Shown one piece after another: positions 1-7,447 of a stretch of 64,000 bases of DNA. Below the pieces are notes generated by a model. The model was not told the origin of the DNA. It searched no databases and saw nothing but the letters and a program-made list of their open reading frames with translations. A program made the translations under genes and the position numbers. Location of the stretch: NCBI GenBank assembly GCA_963771465.1, contig CAVYTU010000007.1, forward strand, positions 32,001 to 96,000. Reading direction: 5' to 3'. Source of the DNA: an uncultured delta proteobacterium. Its GTDB lineage: Bacteria > Desulfobacterota > Binatia > UBA9968. Numbering within the stretch: the stretch's first letter is position 1; the number at the start of each line of letters is the position of its first letter.

Positions 1-359
1 TCAGCCAGTATGGCTGGTTGGTGATGGCCACGTTTATCGGCGCCTTCATCTGGCTCTATGCGGATACCGTGAGCAAGACCAGCCTTTCGAGTCAGATTGC
101 CGGGATTCAAACTTTGGCAACCGAAGAAGGCAAACAGATGGTTCTCTCGGTGACACAAAGCGACGGCGTCAATGTCAAATACCTGATCAAATTGCCCACA
201 GCCGATAAGACAGCGGTTGCCGCAACAGAAGCCCCTGCCATTGAAAAGGTCTCAAAGTGGGAGATCGAGAGATTGGGCACGGCTCTAAGCACCGGCGATA
301 ATCCATTAACGCTTGGCGTCGCGCTGAAACTTTCCCAACTCGCCATCGATCCCAAATAG
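1..359 (+). CDS. Hypothetical membrane-anchored protein, 3' part (frame open to window edge)
   Basis: Frame of ORF 18..359 has no stop back to position 3; hydrophobic segment WLVMATFIGAFIWLYA; no family recognised. Confidence 0.55.
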   Translation, partial: SQYGWLVMATFIGAFIWLYADTVSKTSLSSQIAGIQTLATEEGKQMVLSVTQSDGVNVKYLIKLPTADKTAVAATEAPAIEKVSKWEIERLGTALSTGDNPLTLGVALKLSQLAIDPK

Positions 360-509
360 ACGCGGGATTTCCACAGCTCAATCAGCCTGAGGTGCCGATC
401 CGGCGCCTCGGGCTGATTGCTTTCGTTTCCCTCTTTCGACGCTCCCCGTGACGTAGAAATTTTCCTGCCGAATACGTCGTTGAACATTCGCACGAGCTGC
501 ACTAGCCGT

Positions 510-552
510 GATGGAAAAGGATAAGGGCTGAAGGATAATGGATAATGGATAA
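510..552. repeat. Purine-strand heptamer repeat tract (GGATAAN-type)
   Basis: gatggaaaaggataagggctgaaggataatggataatggataa; reverse complement of the TTATCC/TCATCC tracts at 1181, 2144 and 3268. Confidence 0.7.
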
Positions 553-569
553 CGCTGAAAGCCAACTGC

Positions 570-689
570 GATCTAAAAATGCGGACGAAAGATTACGCGC
601 TTTCGGTGATCCGGTTCTTTACGGAATTACCGAAGAGAACTGAAACTCAAATTCTCGAACGGCAGTTATTGCGCTCTTTGACGTTTTGA
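570..689 (+). pseudogene. Four-helix-bundle protein (23S rRNA IVS protein/bAvd-like), N-terminal fragment
   Basis: Manual translation DLKMRTKDYALSVIRFFTELPKRTETQILERQLLRS matches the family N-terminus (QLLRS motif); homology stops where the palindrome at 678 begins. Confidence 0.65.
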
Positions 690-701
690 GAATTCTCAAA
701 A
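678..701. repeat. Palindromic repeat copy 1 (partial)
   Basis: ttgacgttttgagaattctcaaaa; 18-bp core TTTTGAGAATTCTCAAAA is a perfect palindrome. Confidence 0.85.
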
Positions 702-749
702 GCTGGAAAGGCTTGACAGGACAGGCCGACAAGTCTTAGACCGCCGGTC

Positions 750-1048
750 ATGGACGAGAAGCGTTATCGCGAGTCGCGTCTTTGCCGGCTGCTCGGCAAT
801 CCTATCGTCTATCAGCTGGTCACGCTGCTTGAAATGGGCGGACCGACGACGCCAACCAGGCTCGCGAAACTCATCGGGCGCCACGTGTCCGCTATCAGTA
901 TTCACCTGGGCAAGTTACGGGGCGCCGATGTCGTGTGTCATGATACCTCGGGAAAAGAGACGCGCTATTGGCTCAGCACAAGGACGAGATAAAAGGACTT
1001 CTGAAGATGCTGCAAAAAGTCGTAGACGTGTCAGCAAAATTCGATTGA
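750..1048 (+). pseudogene. ArsR-family winged-HTH protein, 1-nt frameshift near 974
   Basis: LGNPIVYQLV...SAISIHLGKLRGADVV HTH pattern; alternate frame continues HKDEIKGLLKMLQKVVDVSAKFD to TGA at 1046-1048. Confidence 0.6.
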
Positions 1049-1058
1049 GGCCCACTTT

Positions 1059-1082
1059 ACGTTTTGAGAATTCTCAAAACGT
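1059..1082. repeat. Palindromic repeat copy 2
   Basis: Perfect 24-bp palindrome ACGTTTTGAGAATTCTCAAAACGT followed by GCAA. Confidence 0.9.
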
Positions 1083-1180
1083 GCAAGTTCCACCACCTCA
1101 GGTTCATCAGTGAAAGAACAAGCAACACAAAATCCAAATCGAAAAATCCAAGACTTTAGACAGGCAGTGTCGTTTTATAA

Positions 1181-1270
1181 ATTTATCCTTTATCCTTTCA
1201 CCGGCACCAGTTTTCCCCTTCATCCCTTTATCCTTTTGCCGTCATCCCTTTCGCTGCGCCTTTATCCTCT
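1181..1270. repeat. Pyrimidine-strand heptamer repeat tract (TTATCC/TCATCC)
   Basis: tttatcctttatcctttca...cttcatccctttatcctttt...gtcatccctttc...tttatcctct. Confidence 0.75.
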
Positions 1271-1277
1271 CCTATAG

Positions 1278-1312
1278 TTGACGGGTTTATATAAAGACGA
1301 TATAAAGTTTAT
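1278..1312 (+). promoter_or_regulatory. Sigma70-like promoter, probably leaderless, with AT-rich palindromic operator for the TA pair
   Basis: TTGACG-17 nt-TATAAA ending 6 nt before ATG 1313; palindromes TTTATATAAA and ATATAAAGTTTATAT overlap it. Confidence 0.6.
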
Positions 1313-1591
1313 ATGAAGACCCTAACGATTACCGACGCCAAAAAAAATCTCGGGCGTTGGCTGGCAGCCGCGGCGCGGGGCGACGATATTGGAATCATTT
1401 GCGGCGCGGACATCGTCGCGCTGCGCAAAGTTGACGTCGAGTCCACCGACTATGCCCAGCGAGAATACGGCGCCACCGCGGCGCAGCTGGCCGCCTTGGA
1501 AAAAGCCACCGAGCAGCGCTATCAGCGCCTGAAGCGGAGTAAAAAGCTCGCGTCGACCACCGCGCAGGAACTCAGGAAGATGCTTGAGTAA
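1313..1591 (+). CDS. Phd/YefM-like antitoxin
   Basis: MKTLTITDAKKNLGRWL N-terminus typical of Phd; overlaps the downstream toxin gene. Confidence 0.75.
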   Translation: MKTLTITDAKKNLGRWLAAAARGDDIGIICGADIVALRKVDVESTDYAQREYGATAAQLAALEKATEQRYQRLKRSKKLASTTAQELRKMLE

Positions 1592-1874
1592 GCTTCTTGC
1601 CATCGACCCCGCGGTCATCCGCCGCCTGCGTGAACTGCCAAAAAACGAAAAGGTTGAATGCTTGCTTGCCATTTGCGATCTGGTTGACGGTTATGGTCAA
1701 CCTCATGTTCATAGCGGGCTTGGCATCCGCAAGCTAGGAGGCAAGCTTTTCGAATGCCGCGGCAACCGCGATCTCCGATTTATCTTCCAAGACCGAGGCG
1801 CCGAGCTTTACGTTTCGTTCCTCGGCAATCACGACGAGATCAGAACGCTCCTCCGCCGCGGCAACTATCGATGA
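1584..1874 (+). CDS. RelE/ParE-superfamily toxin
   Basis: 96 aa; GLGIRKLGGKLFECRGNRDLRFIF...FLGNHDEI; coupled to antitoxin. Confidence 0.7.
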   Translation: MSKLLAIDPAVIRRLRELPKNEKVECLLAICDLVDGYGQPHVHSGLGIRKLGGKLFECRGNRDLRFIFQDRGAELYVSFLGNHDEIRTLLRRGNYR

Positions 1875-1943
1875 ACGATTCGAGGTAATTGGACTTTCCA
1901 GTGATAACTCAGGCCGGGCGCCAAAGTTGTTGGCAAGATCGCA

Positions 1944-2102
1944 ATGAAACGAAAAGCCAAACTTACGACGAGTAAAGAATTTTCCGCGGCGGTCGGCCGG
2001 GCGCTGCGCCGCGCCGCCAAGGTCGCCCGCAAGACCGCGCGCATGCACGGCACGCCGATTTATGTCTGGAAGAACGGCAAAGTAGTCGCCGAAAAACCGT
2101 AG
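1944..2102 (+). CDS. Small basic protein (52 aa) of the type found downstream of zeta-toxin-like ATPases; preceded by ATPase C-terminal remnant DNSGRAPKLLARSQ*
   Basis: Manual translation MKRKAKLTTSKEFSAAVGRALRRAAKVARKTARMHGTPIYVWKNGKVVAEKP; below ORF-track cutoff; remnant stop overlaps its ATG. Confidence 0.6.
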   Translation: MKRKAKLTTSKEFSAAVGRALRRAAKVARKTARMHGTPIYVWKNGKVVAEKP

Positions 2103-2143
2103 AGCGAAATCGCAAAGCCCAAAACGGTAATTCGGCTTTCCGG

Positions 2144-2310
2144 TTTATCCTTTATCCTTTCGCCTTCGTCCTTTTTCGTGTCCTTCCGCCCTTATCCTTT
2201 CCACGTTGTTTCTCCTTCATCCCTTATCCTTTAGCCCTCATCCTTTCTAAGCCCACGCCCACGGCCTTTCTCCGACCCACGAACACGGCTTTTGCCCGAT
2301 CACGATCACG
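2144..2310. repeat. TTATCC/TCATCC heptamer tract followed by CACG(A/C)NCACG motifs
   Basis: tttatcctttatcctttcg...cttcatcccttatcctttagccctcatcctttc, then cccacgcccacgg, cccacgaacacggctttt, gatcacgatcacg. Confidence 0.75.
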
Positions 2311-2533
2311 TCAATTCTCCCCATCACGCGCCCGATCCTATAAATTTTTGCGCACATATTATTATCGTCAACAATTTTGATAATCTTGTGGTAGCGGCGA
2401 GGTCAATTGACCTACGAAATTGTCGTCCACGGTGGGAAGTAAGCTAAAAGCCGTGGACACGGCAAAGGCAAAAATTTATGAAGTGTCCTCACCCGTCCCG
2501 GGAATGCCGGCGGCCAGGGCAGCGGAGTGAACT

Positions 2534-3223
2534 ATGCGCCACAACTCCATGAGATCGACTCGCCGCGCGGTTTTAGCCGTCACCTTCGCCGTGGGTGCCA
2601 GTGCATGGGCAGCCGAACGCGTCGTCGTCGAGGACTGGCGCTCGAATCCGCTCGGTGCGCGGGGCATTCCGCGGGAATGGAAGGAGCAGACCTGGGGAAA
2701 GCCCGGCTACGACCTCGGGATCGTTTCGGACAACGGTCAGCCGGTCCTGCACCTGAGGAGCAAGGGTGAAACTTCGACGATCATTCGCGACCTCAAAACT
2801 TCCGTCGATCTCAAAGCGACGCCGATCATGGAGTGGAAATGGAAGGTCATGACGCTTCCCGCCGGCGGCCATGCCTGCCAGCAGGCGACCGACGACGAGG
2901 CCGCGCAGGTTTACGTCGGCTGGCTGCGCTCGCCGGAGACGGTGCGCTCGCGCATCATCGGCTACGTTTGGGATTCGACGGCGCCGGCTGGCACGATCTG
3001 CAAGAGCCAGAAGACCTCCACGGTGACCTATATCGTCCTGCGCTCGGGCTCCGACGAACTCGGCAAATGGATTACCGAGCGCCGCAATGTCGTCGAAGAC
3101 TTCCGTAAGATCTATGGCGAAGCGCCGGACAACTCGACCGCCCTCTCGCTCGGCATCGATTCGGACGATACGCGCTCCAGTGCCGAGTCGTTCATCGGAC
3201 CGATCGTCTTCACGCGCCCTTGA
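2534..3223 (+). CDS. DUF3047-family secreted protein
   Basis: Signal peptide; EWKWKV, DDEAAQVYV, GYVWD, WITERRNV.EDF, IDSDDT motifs; GC-rich codon usage. Confidence 0.8.
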   Translation: MRHNSMRSTRRAVLAVTFAVGASAWAAERVVVEDWRSNPLGARGIPREWKEQTWGKPGYDLGIVSDNGQPVLHLRSKGETSTIIRDLKTSVDLKATPIMEWKWKVMTLPAGGHACQQATDDEAAQVYVGWLRSPETVRSRIIGYVWDSTAPAGTICKSQKTSTVTYIVLRSGSDELGKWITERRNVVEDFRKIYGEAPDNSTALSLGIDSDDTRSSAESFIGPIVFTRP

Positions 3224-3239
3224 CGAGCGCAGTTTCCCC

Positions 3240-3389
3240 CACACGATCACGTTTTTGTATTTCAATTGCATCCCTTCATCCCTTCGCCTTTTTCCTTTTC
3301 CCAGCGCCCACGATCACGGCATTCCCCACCAGGACCACGAACACGGCTTTTCCTATTTCATCCTTTATCCCTTTGCCTTTATCCTTTCC
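3240..3389. repeat. CACGATCACG/CACGAACACG motifs plus TCATCC/TTATCC heptamer tract
   Basis: cacacgatcacg, cccacgatcacgg, ccacgaacacggctttt (shared with ~2277), tttcatcctttatccctttgcctttatcctttcc. Confidence 0.75.
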
Positions 3390-3614
3390 GATCTAGCTGT
3401 GCTGTACGGCATCACTGTAGGAAGACTGAACGAAGCTGTTAAACGCAATCGCGATCGTTTTCCCGCCGATTTCATGTTTCAGCTAACGGCCGAGGAGTTT
3501 AGTTCTTTGAGGTCACAAATTGCGACGTCAAACTTGAAATCGCAAATTGCGATATCAAGTTATGATTGGTGTGGTCGGCGTCACCCGCCATTTGCCTTTA
3601 CTGAACAGGGTGTG
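3390..3614 (+). pseudogene. ORF6N-domain DNA-binding protein, internal fragment
   Basis: DLAVLYG...LNEAVKRNRDRFPADFMFQLTAEE...GRRHPPFAFTEQGV is the ORF6N signature; lacks start and C-terminus. Confidence 0.8.
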
Positions 3615-3682
3615 AGTGACAGTCTGAATTGGCGGTTGCTGCGGTGATTGCGTGGAATTGCTCGCTGCCGTATCTTAGGATC

Positions 3683-3992
3683 GTGAAAATAATTAGGGAT
3701 TGCTTCGGCACCTCAGTTAGGCTCACTGACGAACGACTGGCGCATATCTTGGAGCATACTGAGATGGCAGGGATGGAGGATGAACTTGAGCGGGTATTGC
3801 GAACGCCGAGCGAAGTGCGACGATCGCGATCCGATGATAACGTAAGGCTCTTCTACGAATTTTACACGCGCACTCGAGTGGGTGGAATGGTTGTGTGTGG
3901 TGGTAAAGTATTCGGCGGACGCGGCTTTCGTCATTACTGCGTACTGGAGGGACACATTGAAAGCAGGAGAAACCGTATGGCCGAAAAAGTAA
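3683..3992 (+). pseudogene. DUF4258/PBECR-like putative RNase toxin, frameshift near 3886
   Basis: VRLTDERLAHILEH.EM...; alternate frame continues WLCVVVKYSADAAFVITAYWRDTLKAGETVWPKK*. Confidence 0.6.
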
Positions 3993-4189
3993 AAGTCTGG
4001 TTCGATCCCGAAGGCGACTTCTTAGAAGTACGGTTCAGCGACGTACCCGGGTTTATGCGTGAAACCGCCCATGACGCGCTGATGGAGCGAGTCGACGATC
4101 ACGGACAAGTGGTCGGGTTCAGCATTCTCGGCGTCAGCCGCTTTCGCAAGGGGCGGCCTTTCGAAGCAGAGTTAACCGCCGGCAAATAA
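3977..4189 (+). CDS. DUF2283-family putative antitoxin
   Basis: MAEKVKVWFDPEGDFLEVRFSD...ERVDDHGQVVGFSILG; AGGAG RBS upstream. Confidence 0.75.
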   Translation: MAEKVKVWFDPEGDFLEVRFSDVPGFMRETAHDALMERVDDHGQVVGFSILGVSRFRKGRPFEAELTAGK

Positions 4190-4265
4190 GCTCGCGGAAA
4201 ACCGCTAGCGGAGAAAGCGTAACGAACGAAGTAGTCGTTGACGATCCTTCTCCTTAAAACTCATT

Positions 4266-4296
4266 TTGACGTTTTGAGAATTCTCAAAACGTGCAA
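4266..4296. repeat. Palindromic repeat copy 3
   Basis: TTG-ACGTTTTGAGAATTCTCAAAACGT-GCAA. Confidence 0.9.
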
Positions 4297-4410
4297 CTCC
4301 CCCATCCGAATCTGTCATTGAACCTTTTAACCTTCAACATTGAACCGGCGAGTTAATTGAAGCGACGACATGACAGTGATAATCTGAGTGGGCCGTCGAG
4401 GTGTAATCAA

Positions 4411-4617
4411 ATGAAAACAAGGCGAAATCGAAAAGATCCTGAATTCGTGATGCGGGGAGGAAAGCCTACCGCCGTTATTCTGAGTATCGAGGAGTATCGA
4501 AAGCTGCTCGAACGAGTCGAGGATGCCGAAGATCTCAAGACGCTCAAGGCGATGAGGAAGCGACCGCTAAAATTCCGCAAACTCGAAGACTTCCTAAAGG
4601 ACGCCGCTGGTGTATGA
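4411..4617 (+). CDS. Phd/RelB-like antitoxin
   Basis: GKPTAVILSIEEYRKLLERVEDAEDL motif; GAGGT RBS upstream. Confidence 0.75.
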   Translation: MKTRRNRKDPEFVMRGGKPTAVILSIEEYRKLLERVEDAEDLKTLKAMRKRPLKFRKLEDFLKDAAGV

Positions 4618-4862
4618 GGTTCTGATAGAGCGGACCGCCGAGCGTGATCTAAAATCTCTCCCCACCAATCTCTTTGATCGTATCGTTCCTCGTATTAAAG
4701 CCCTCGCCGAGATTCCACGGCCATCCGGATGCCATAAACTAGCCGGTTCCAAGAATGACTGGCGCATTCGGATCGCGGACTAGAGTCGTCTATGAAATTG
4801 ATGATGCGCACAAACGCGTGAGAATCTTCCGGGTTAGGCACCGCCGAGAGGTGTATCGCTAA
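4610..4862 (+). pseudogene. RelE/StbE toxin with frameshift/stop near 4781
   Basis: Manual translation MYEVLIERTAERDLKSL...PRPSGCHKLAGSKNDWRIRIAD* then other frame RVVYEIDDAHKRVRIFRVRHRREVYR*. Confidence 0.8.
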
Positions 4863-4917
4863 GGTGAGCTAGAGTGAGCAGTCGGCTTGGCGCTGCTGCG
4901 ACCGCCATTAGCCAGCG

Positions 4918-5102
4918 CTCATTATCGTATTTTTCGTGCGTAAGAGGACTCAGCAAGCTTTAGTTGTGTCGGCACGGGGCATGACCACAGTGAAAGAAAA
5001 CGATATGAAAAAAATTAAAAGTTCGCTTTCGAAAGCTCGGTCGTATGCGGAAATCGGAGAATACTGGGACCAACACGACTTGAGCGATGTTTGGAGAAAC
5101 AC
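4918..5102 (+). pseudogene. BrnT-like toxin C-terminal remnant plus truncated cognate antitoxin (from 5005)
   Basis: LIIVFFVRKRTQQALVVSARGMT/ERKRYEKN*; then MKKIKSSLSKARSYAEIGEYWDQHDLSDVWRNT, cut by an IS end. Confidence 0.55.
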
Positions 5103-5356
5103 TGGACTGCGCCCCATTGACTGGAGAGAAAAGCTGAGAATTAGAGGGAGGGTGAGATCGGCTCAACCAGCGGGTAAGATGGACTCGGGAGAAGGAGTCG
5201 ATCGATGGGGAAACAACGACGGAAGTTTGAAACGGGGTTCAAGCAGCAGATTGTCAGTGAAGTGGAATCGGGTCTGTTGTCAGTCAGCGCTGCCAGCCGC
5301 AAGTACCAAATCTCTGACAGTGTGATCGATGGCTGGCGGCAAAAAGCCCGGCAAAG
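5103..5356 (+). mobile_element. IS3-family left end and truncated OrfA transposase (from 5205)
   Basis: TGGACTGCGCCCCA terminal-repeat-like start; MGKQRRKFETGFKQQIVSEVESGLLSVSAASRKYQISDSVIDGWRQK is an HTH_Tnp_1 pattern; AAGGAG RBS. Confidence 0.7.
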
Positions 5357-5364
5357 CAAGCGTC

Positions 5365-5670
5365 GAGCAATTTATACATGTGTTCCTTCTCTTTATCGGT
5401 GGAAACGATGGGCAAAGGATGCCCGCAAGGTGTGCCCGTGATGATCATCTTTTCTAAAACGCGCAAACGCCTCTCGATCTCGGTCGACATTTCTACCTCA
5501 CTGGCGGGCAAGTGCCGCCTCTAGGAGTTCAAGACGCTTCTCCAGCTCTTCAACCTGGCGAATCTTAATCCCCTGCTCAAGAATCAGCGCAGCACACCTT
5601 GCCCGAACGTCCTGCTTGCCGGCCTTCATAAGCTCAAGCAGCGTGTCTACCGCCGCCGTGGCGTTGATCT
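5365..5670 (-). pseudogene. Fragments of two phage/integrative-element-like small genes
   Basis: NATAAVDTLLELMKAGKQDVRARCAALILEQGIKIRQVEELEKRLELLEAALARQ* (stop 5498-5500) followed by MSTEIERRLRVLEK... Confidence 0.4.
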
Positions 5671-6103
5671 ATACCTTGCACCGAATGCGTCGTCCTGCCC
5701 CTATTGTAGCGCGTCCCTAAACGTTTCCTATTTACTTCCACACAAATAGAGCGTTGATCGGCTAAGCTTCGCTTGATCGCATGCTTGCTGCTCGGATGGC
5801 ATCGACACTAACAGCGGAATCAATCTTTTTTGCCGGCGGGTCAGGCTATTTGTCGGTGTGTCGTTCATTTCGGGTTAGTTCGGTCCAGTACTTTCCAAAA
5901 TGTTCTGAAATTATTGCGCCATTGGAACTACGAGGAAGGGGTGGCCGGTCGATTTCCCGGGGGTGGGGTAGGCGATCTTGCTAATTTGTGCCCAATTGCG
6001 GAGATAAAACAAGGAAAAAGCAAGCAAGTCGAGCGGGCTGCCAAGCTCGGGCTTACCTGCTTGCTCTTGACGTTTCTTGATGCTGGTTGCAGTAGACGAA
6101 AAG

Positions 6104-6161
6104 CTCGAAATCAAGTTCACGGGGAACCGTGACGGGGGTTCGAATCCCTCCCTCTCCGCCA
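6104..6161 (+). mobile_element. Displaced 3' half of tRNA-Ser(CGA); probable att site marking the island end
   Basis: CTCGAAA anticodon loop, TCAAG, long variable arm, GGTTCGAATCCC T-arm and CTCTCCGCCA end; 5' acceptor strand and D-arm absent. Confidence 0.75.
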
Positions 6162-6356
6162 ACTTTTTCACTCGAGCTTTCCGATCGATCTCGTTTCGCC
6201 TAGAGTCCTGCGTGAACCCGCCAAAGTTTTAGCCGAAAAATTACCGCGTTCAGCGCGCGGGTGCCGATGCAATCCGGCAGGAAAGTTGCGGCAACTGGGT
6301 CAGCTCGATCTTGACCGCAAGCGAATTGGGTTTGGGATATGCAGATCAGTGCAGGG

Positions 6357-6641
6357 TTAATTGCGCTTGTCACAGTTCCAGGACCACGCGCCGCGATCGT
6401 CGAAGATCGCCTCTCTGAAAAGCGTATTATAAAAGACTTCGATCATCTCGCCGTTGCCGCGAACCCTAGCGACTCTGAGGGACGACCAAATATCTGACCA
6501 GGGGATGAGCTTGAGTGGTTGCTCGTTGGTGGCTGACCCTGTCTCGCGCGCTAAGCTGGGCGAGGTGCCATCGCGGGAATGCGCTGTATTCACTGTGTCG
6601 GTCGGTGATGCTTGTTTCGGGTCTTTAAGAAACGGTGGCAT
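6357..6641 (-). CDS. Hypothetical protein (94 aa)
   Basis: GAGG 7 nt upstream of ATG; sigma54-like promoter upstream. Confidence 0.45.
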   Translation of the reverse strand: MPPFLKDPKQASPTDTVNTAHSRDGTSPSLARETGSATNEQPLKLIPWSDIWSSLRVARVRGNGEMIEVFYNTLFREAIFDDRGAWSWNCDKRN

Positions 6642-6724
6642 GGGTCGCCTCGTTGCTAACCTGTAAGATTTTCTGACAGAAACCTGGTCCCTTGGGATCG
6701 TTTGGATCGGATGATTTAATTTGG

Positions 6725-6772
6725 AGCAATTGGAATGCCACTAGCATTGAAGCGTGCAATATCAACGACTTG
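6725..6772 (-). promoter_or_regulatory. Sigma54 -24/-12 promoter with adjacent IHF site
   Basis: Minus strand TGGCATTCCAATTGCT (6740-6725); TATCAACGACTTG at 6760-6772 fits WATCAANNNNTTR. Confidence 0.6.
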
Positions 6773-7087
6773 TGACGCAGTAGCGATTGGAGCGTGTAAT
6801 GAAATCCGTAAACTAGTTTTACAGTTTATTTTTCATCTAAAATTACTTTTCATTCGTAATTAAAAATACTTTTATTGAAATAGTACTTAGAGTGTTTTCG
6901 CAAGCCATTTTGCGCTTTGGATAAAGCGTAAACTGTTTTAACAACACGGACAAAATTTTCACTGCACAGAGCGGCAGAAATTTATCGTGGACCTTTCCAT
7001 TGTCTGGCGCTACTTTGTAGTAAAGTGAGTGCGCCTATGTTAATTTTGAACCGGTCGACGGTGATTTGTGACCAGGATGCTCGATAA

Positions 7088-7179
<92 letters not shown>

Positions 7180-7246
7180 AAACATCGACTTCGGTTGAGC
7201 GCTACCTTTAAGCTGGTATAACGGAGATAATCGTTGACCGATATGA

Positions 7247-7381
7247 CCAGGATGTCGATTGCTGATAGTTAGGTCCCGTGCAAGGCGGCCCCGCGAACCC
7301 CGTCAGGTCCGGAAGGAAGCAGCGGTAACGGCACACCCCTGTGCCACGGGGAAACCTGGCTGTCAGCAATGGGCATCCTGG
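7247..7381 (+). ncRNA. ffs: Signal recognition particle RNA
   Basis: TCAGGTCCGGAAGGAAGCAGC core; long closing stem; canonical position upstream of dnaX. Confidence 0.92.
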
Positions 7382-7447
7382 CCTCACTCCGCGAGGCATC
7401 TCAGATGCGTCTTGTGAGCTTTGAAATTTGCGATTCCGAAGGGATAA

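Noticed and set aside
570-689. Diversity-generating retroelement (Avd-like fragment)
   Set aside because: No reverse transcriptase and no TR/VR pair; the fragment is a generic four-helix-bundle remnant
3087-3647. 186-aa ORF as a real gene
   Set aside because: Chimera of DUF3047 off-frame sequence, translated repeat tract and the ORF6N fragment
678-4296. Palindromic repeats as a CRISPR array
   Set aside because: Only three copies, spaced ~380 and ~3200 bp apart with genes between; no cas genes
500-5100. Classical integron cassette array
   Set aside because: No RYYYAAC...GTTRRRY attC structures recognised and no intI in the window
4936-5325. 129-aa ORF as a real gene
   Set aside because: Runs across a BrnT remnant, a truncated antitoxin and an IS end
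6070-6161. Complete tRNA-Ser(CGA)
   Set aside because: No 5' acceptor strand complementary to CCTCTCC, no D-arm and no 5' anticodon stem
6790-6960. AT-rich tract as replication origin
   Set aside because: No cluster of TTATCCACA DnaA boxes; better explained as a sigma54 enhancer region plus tRNA promoter
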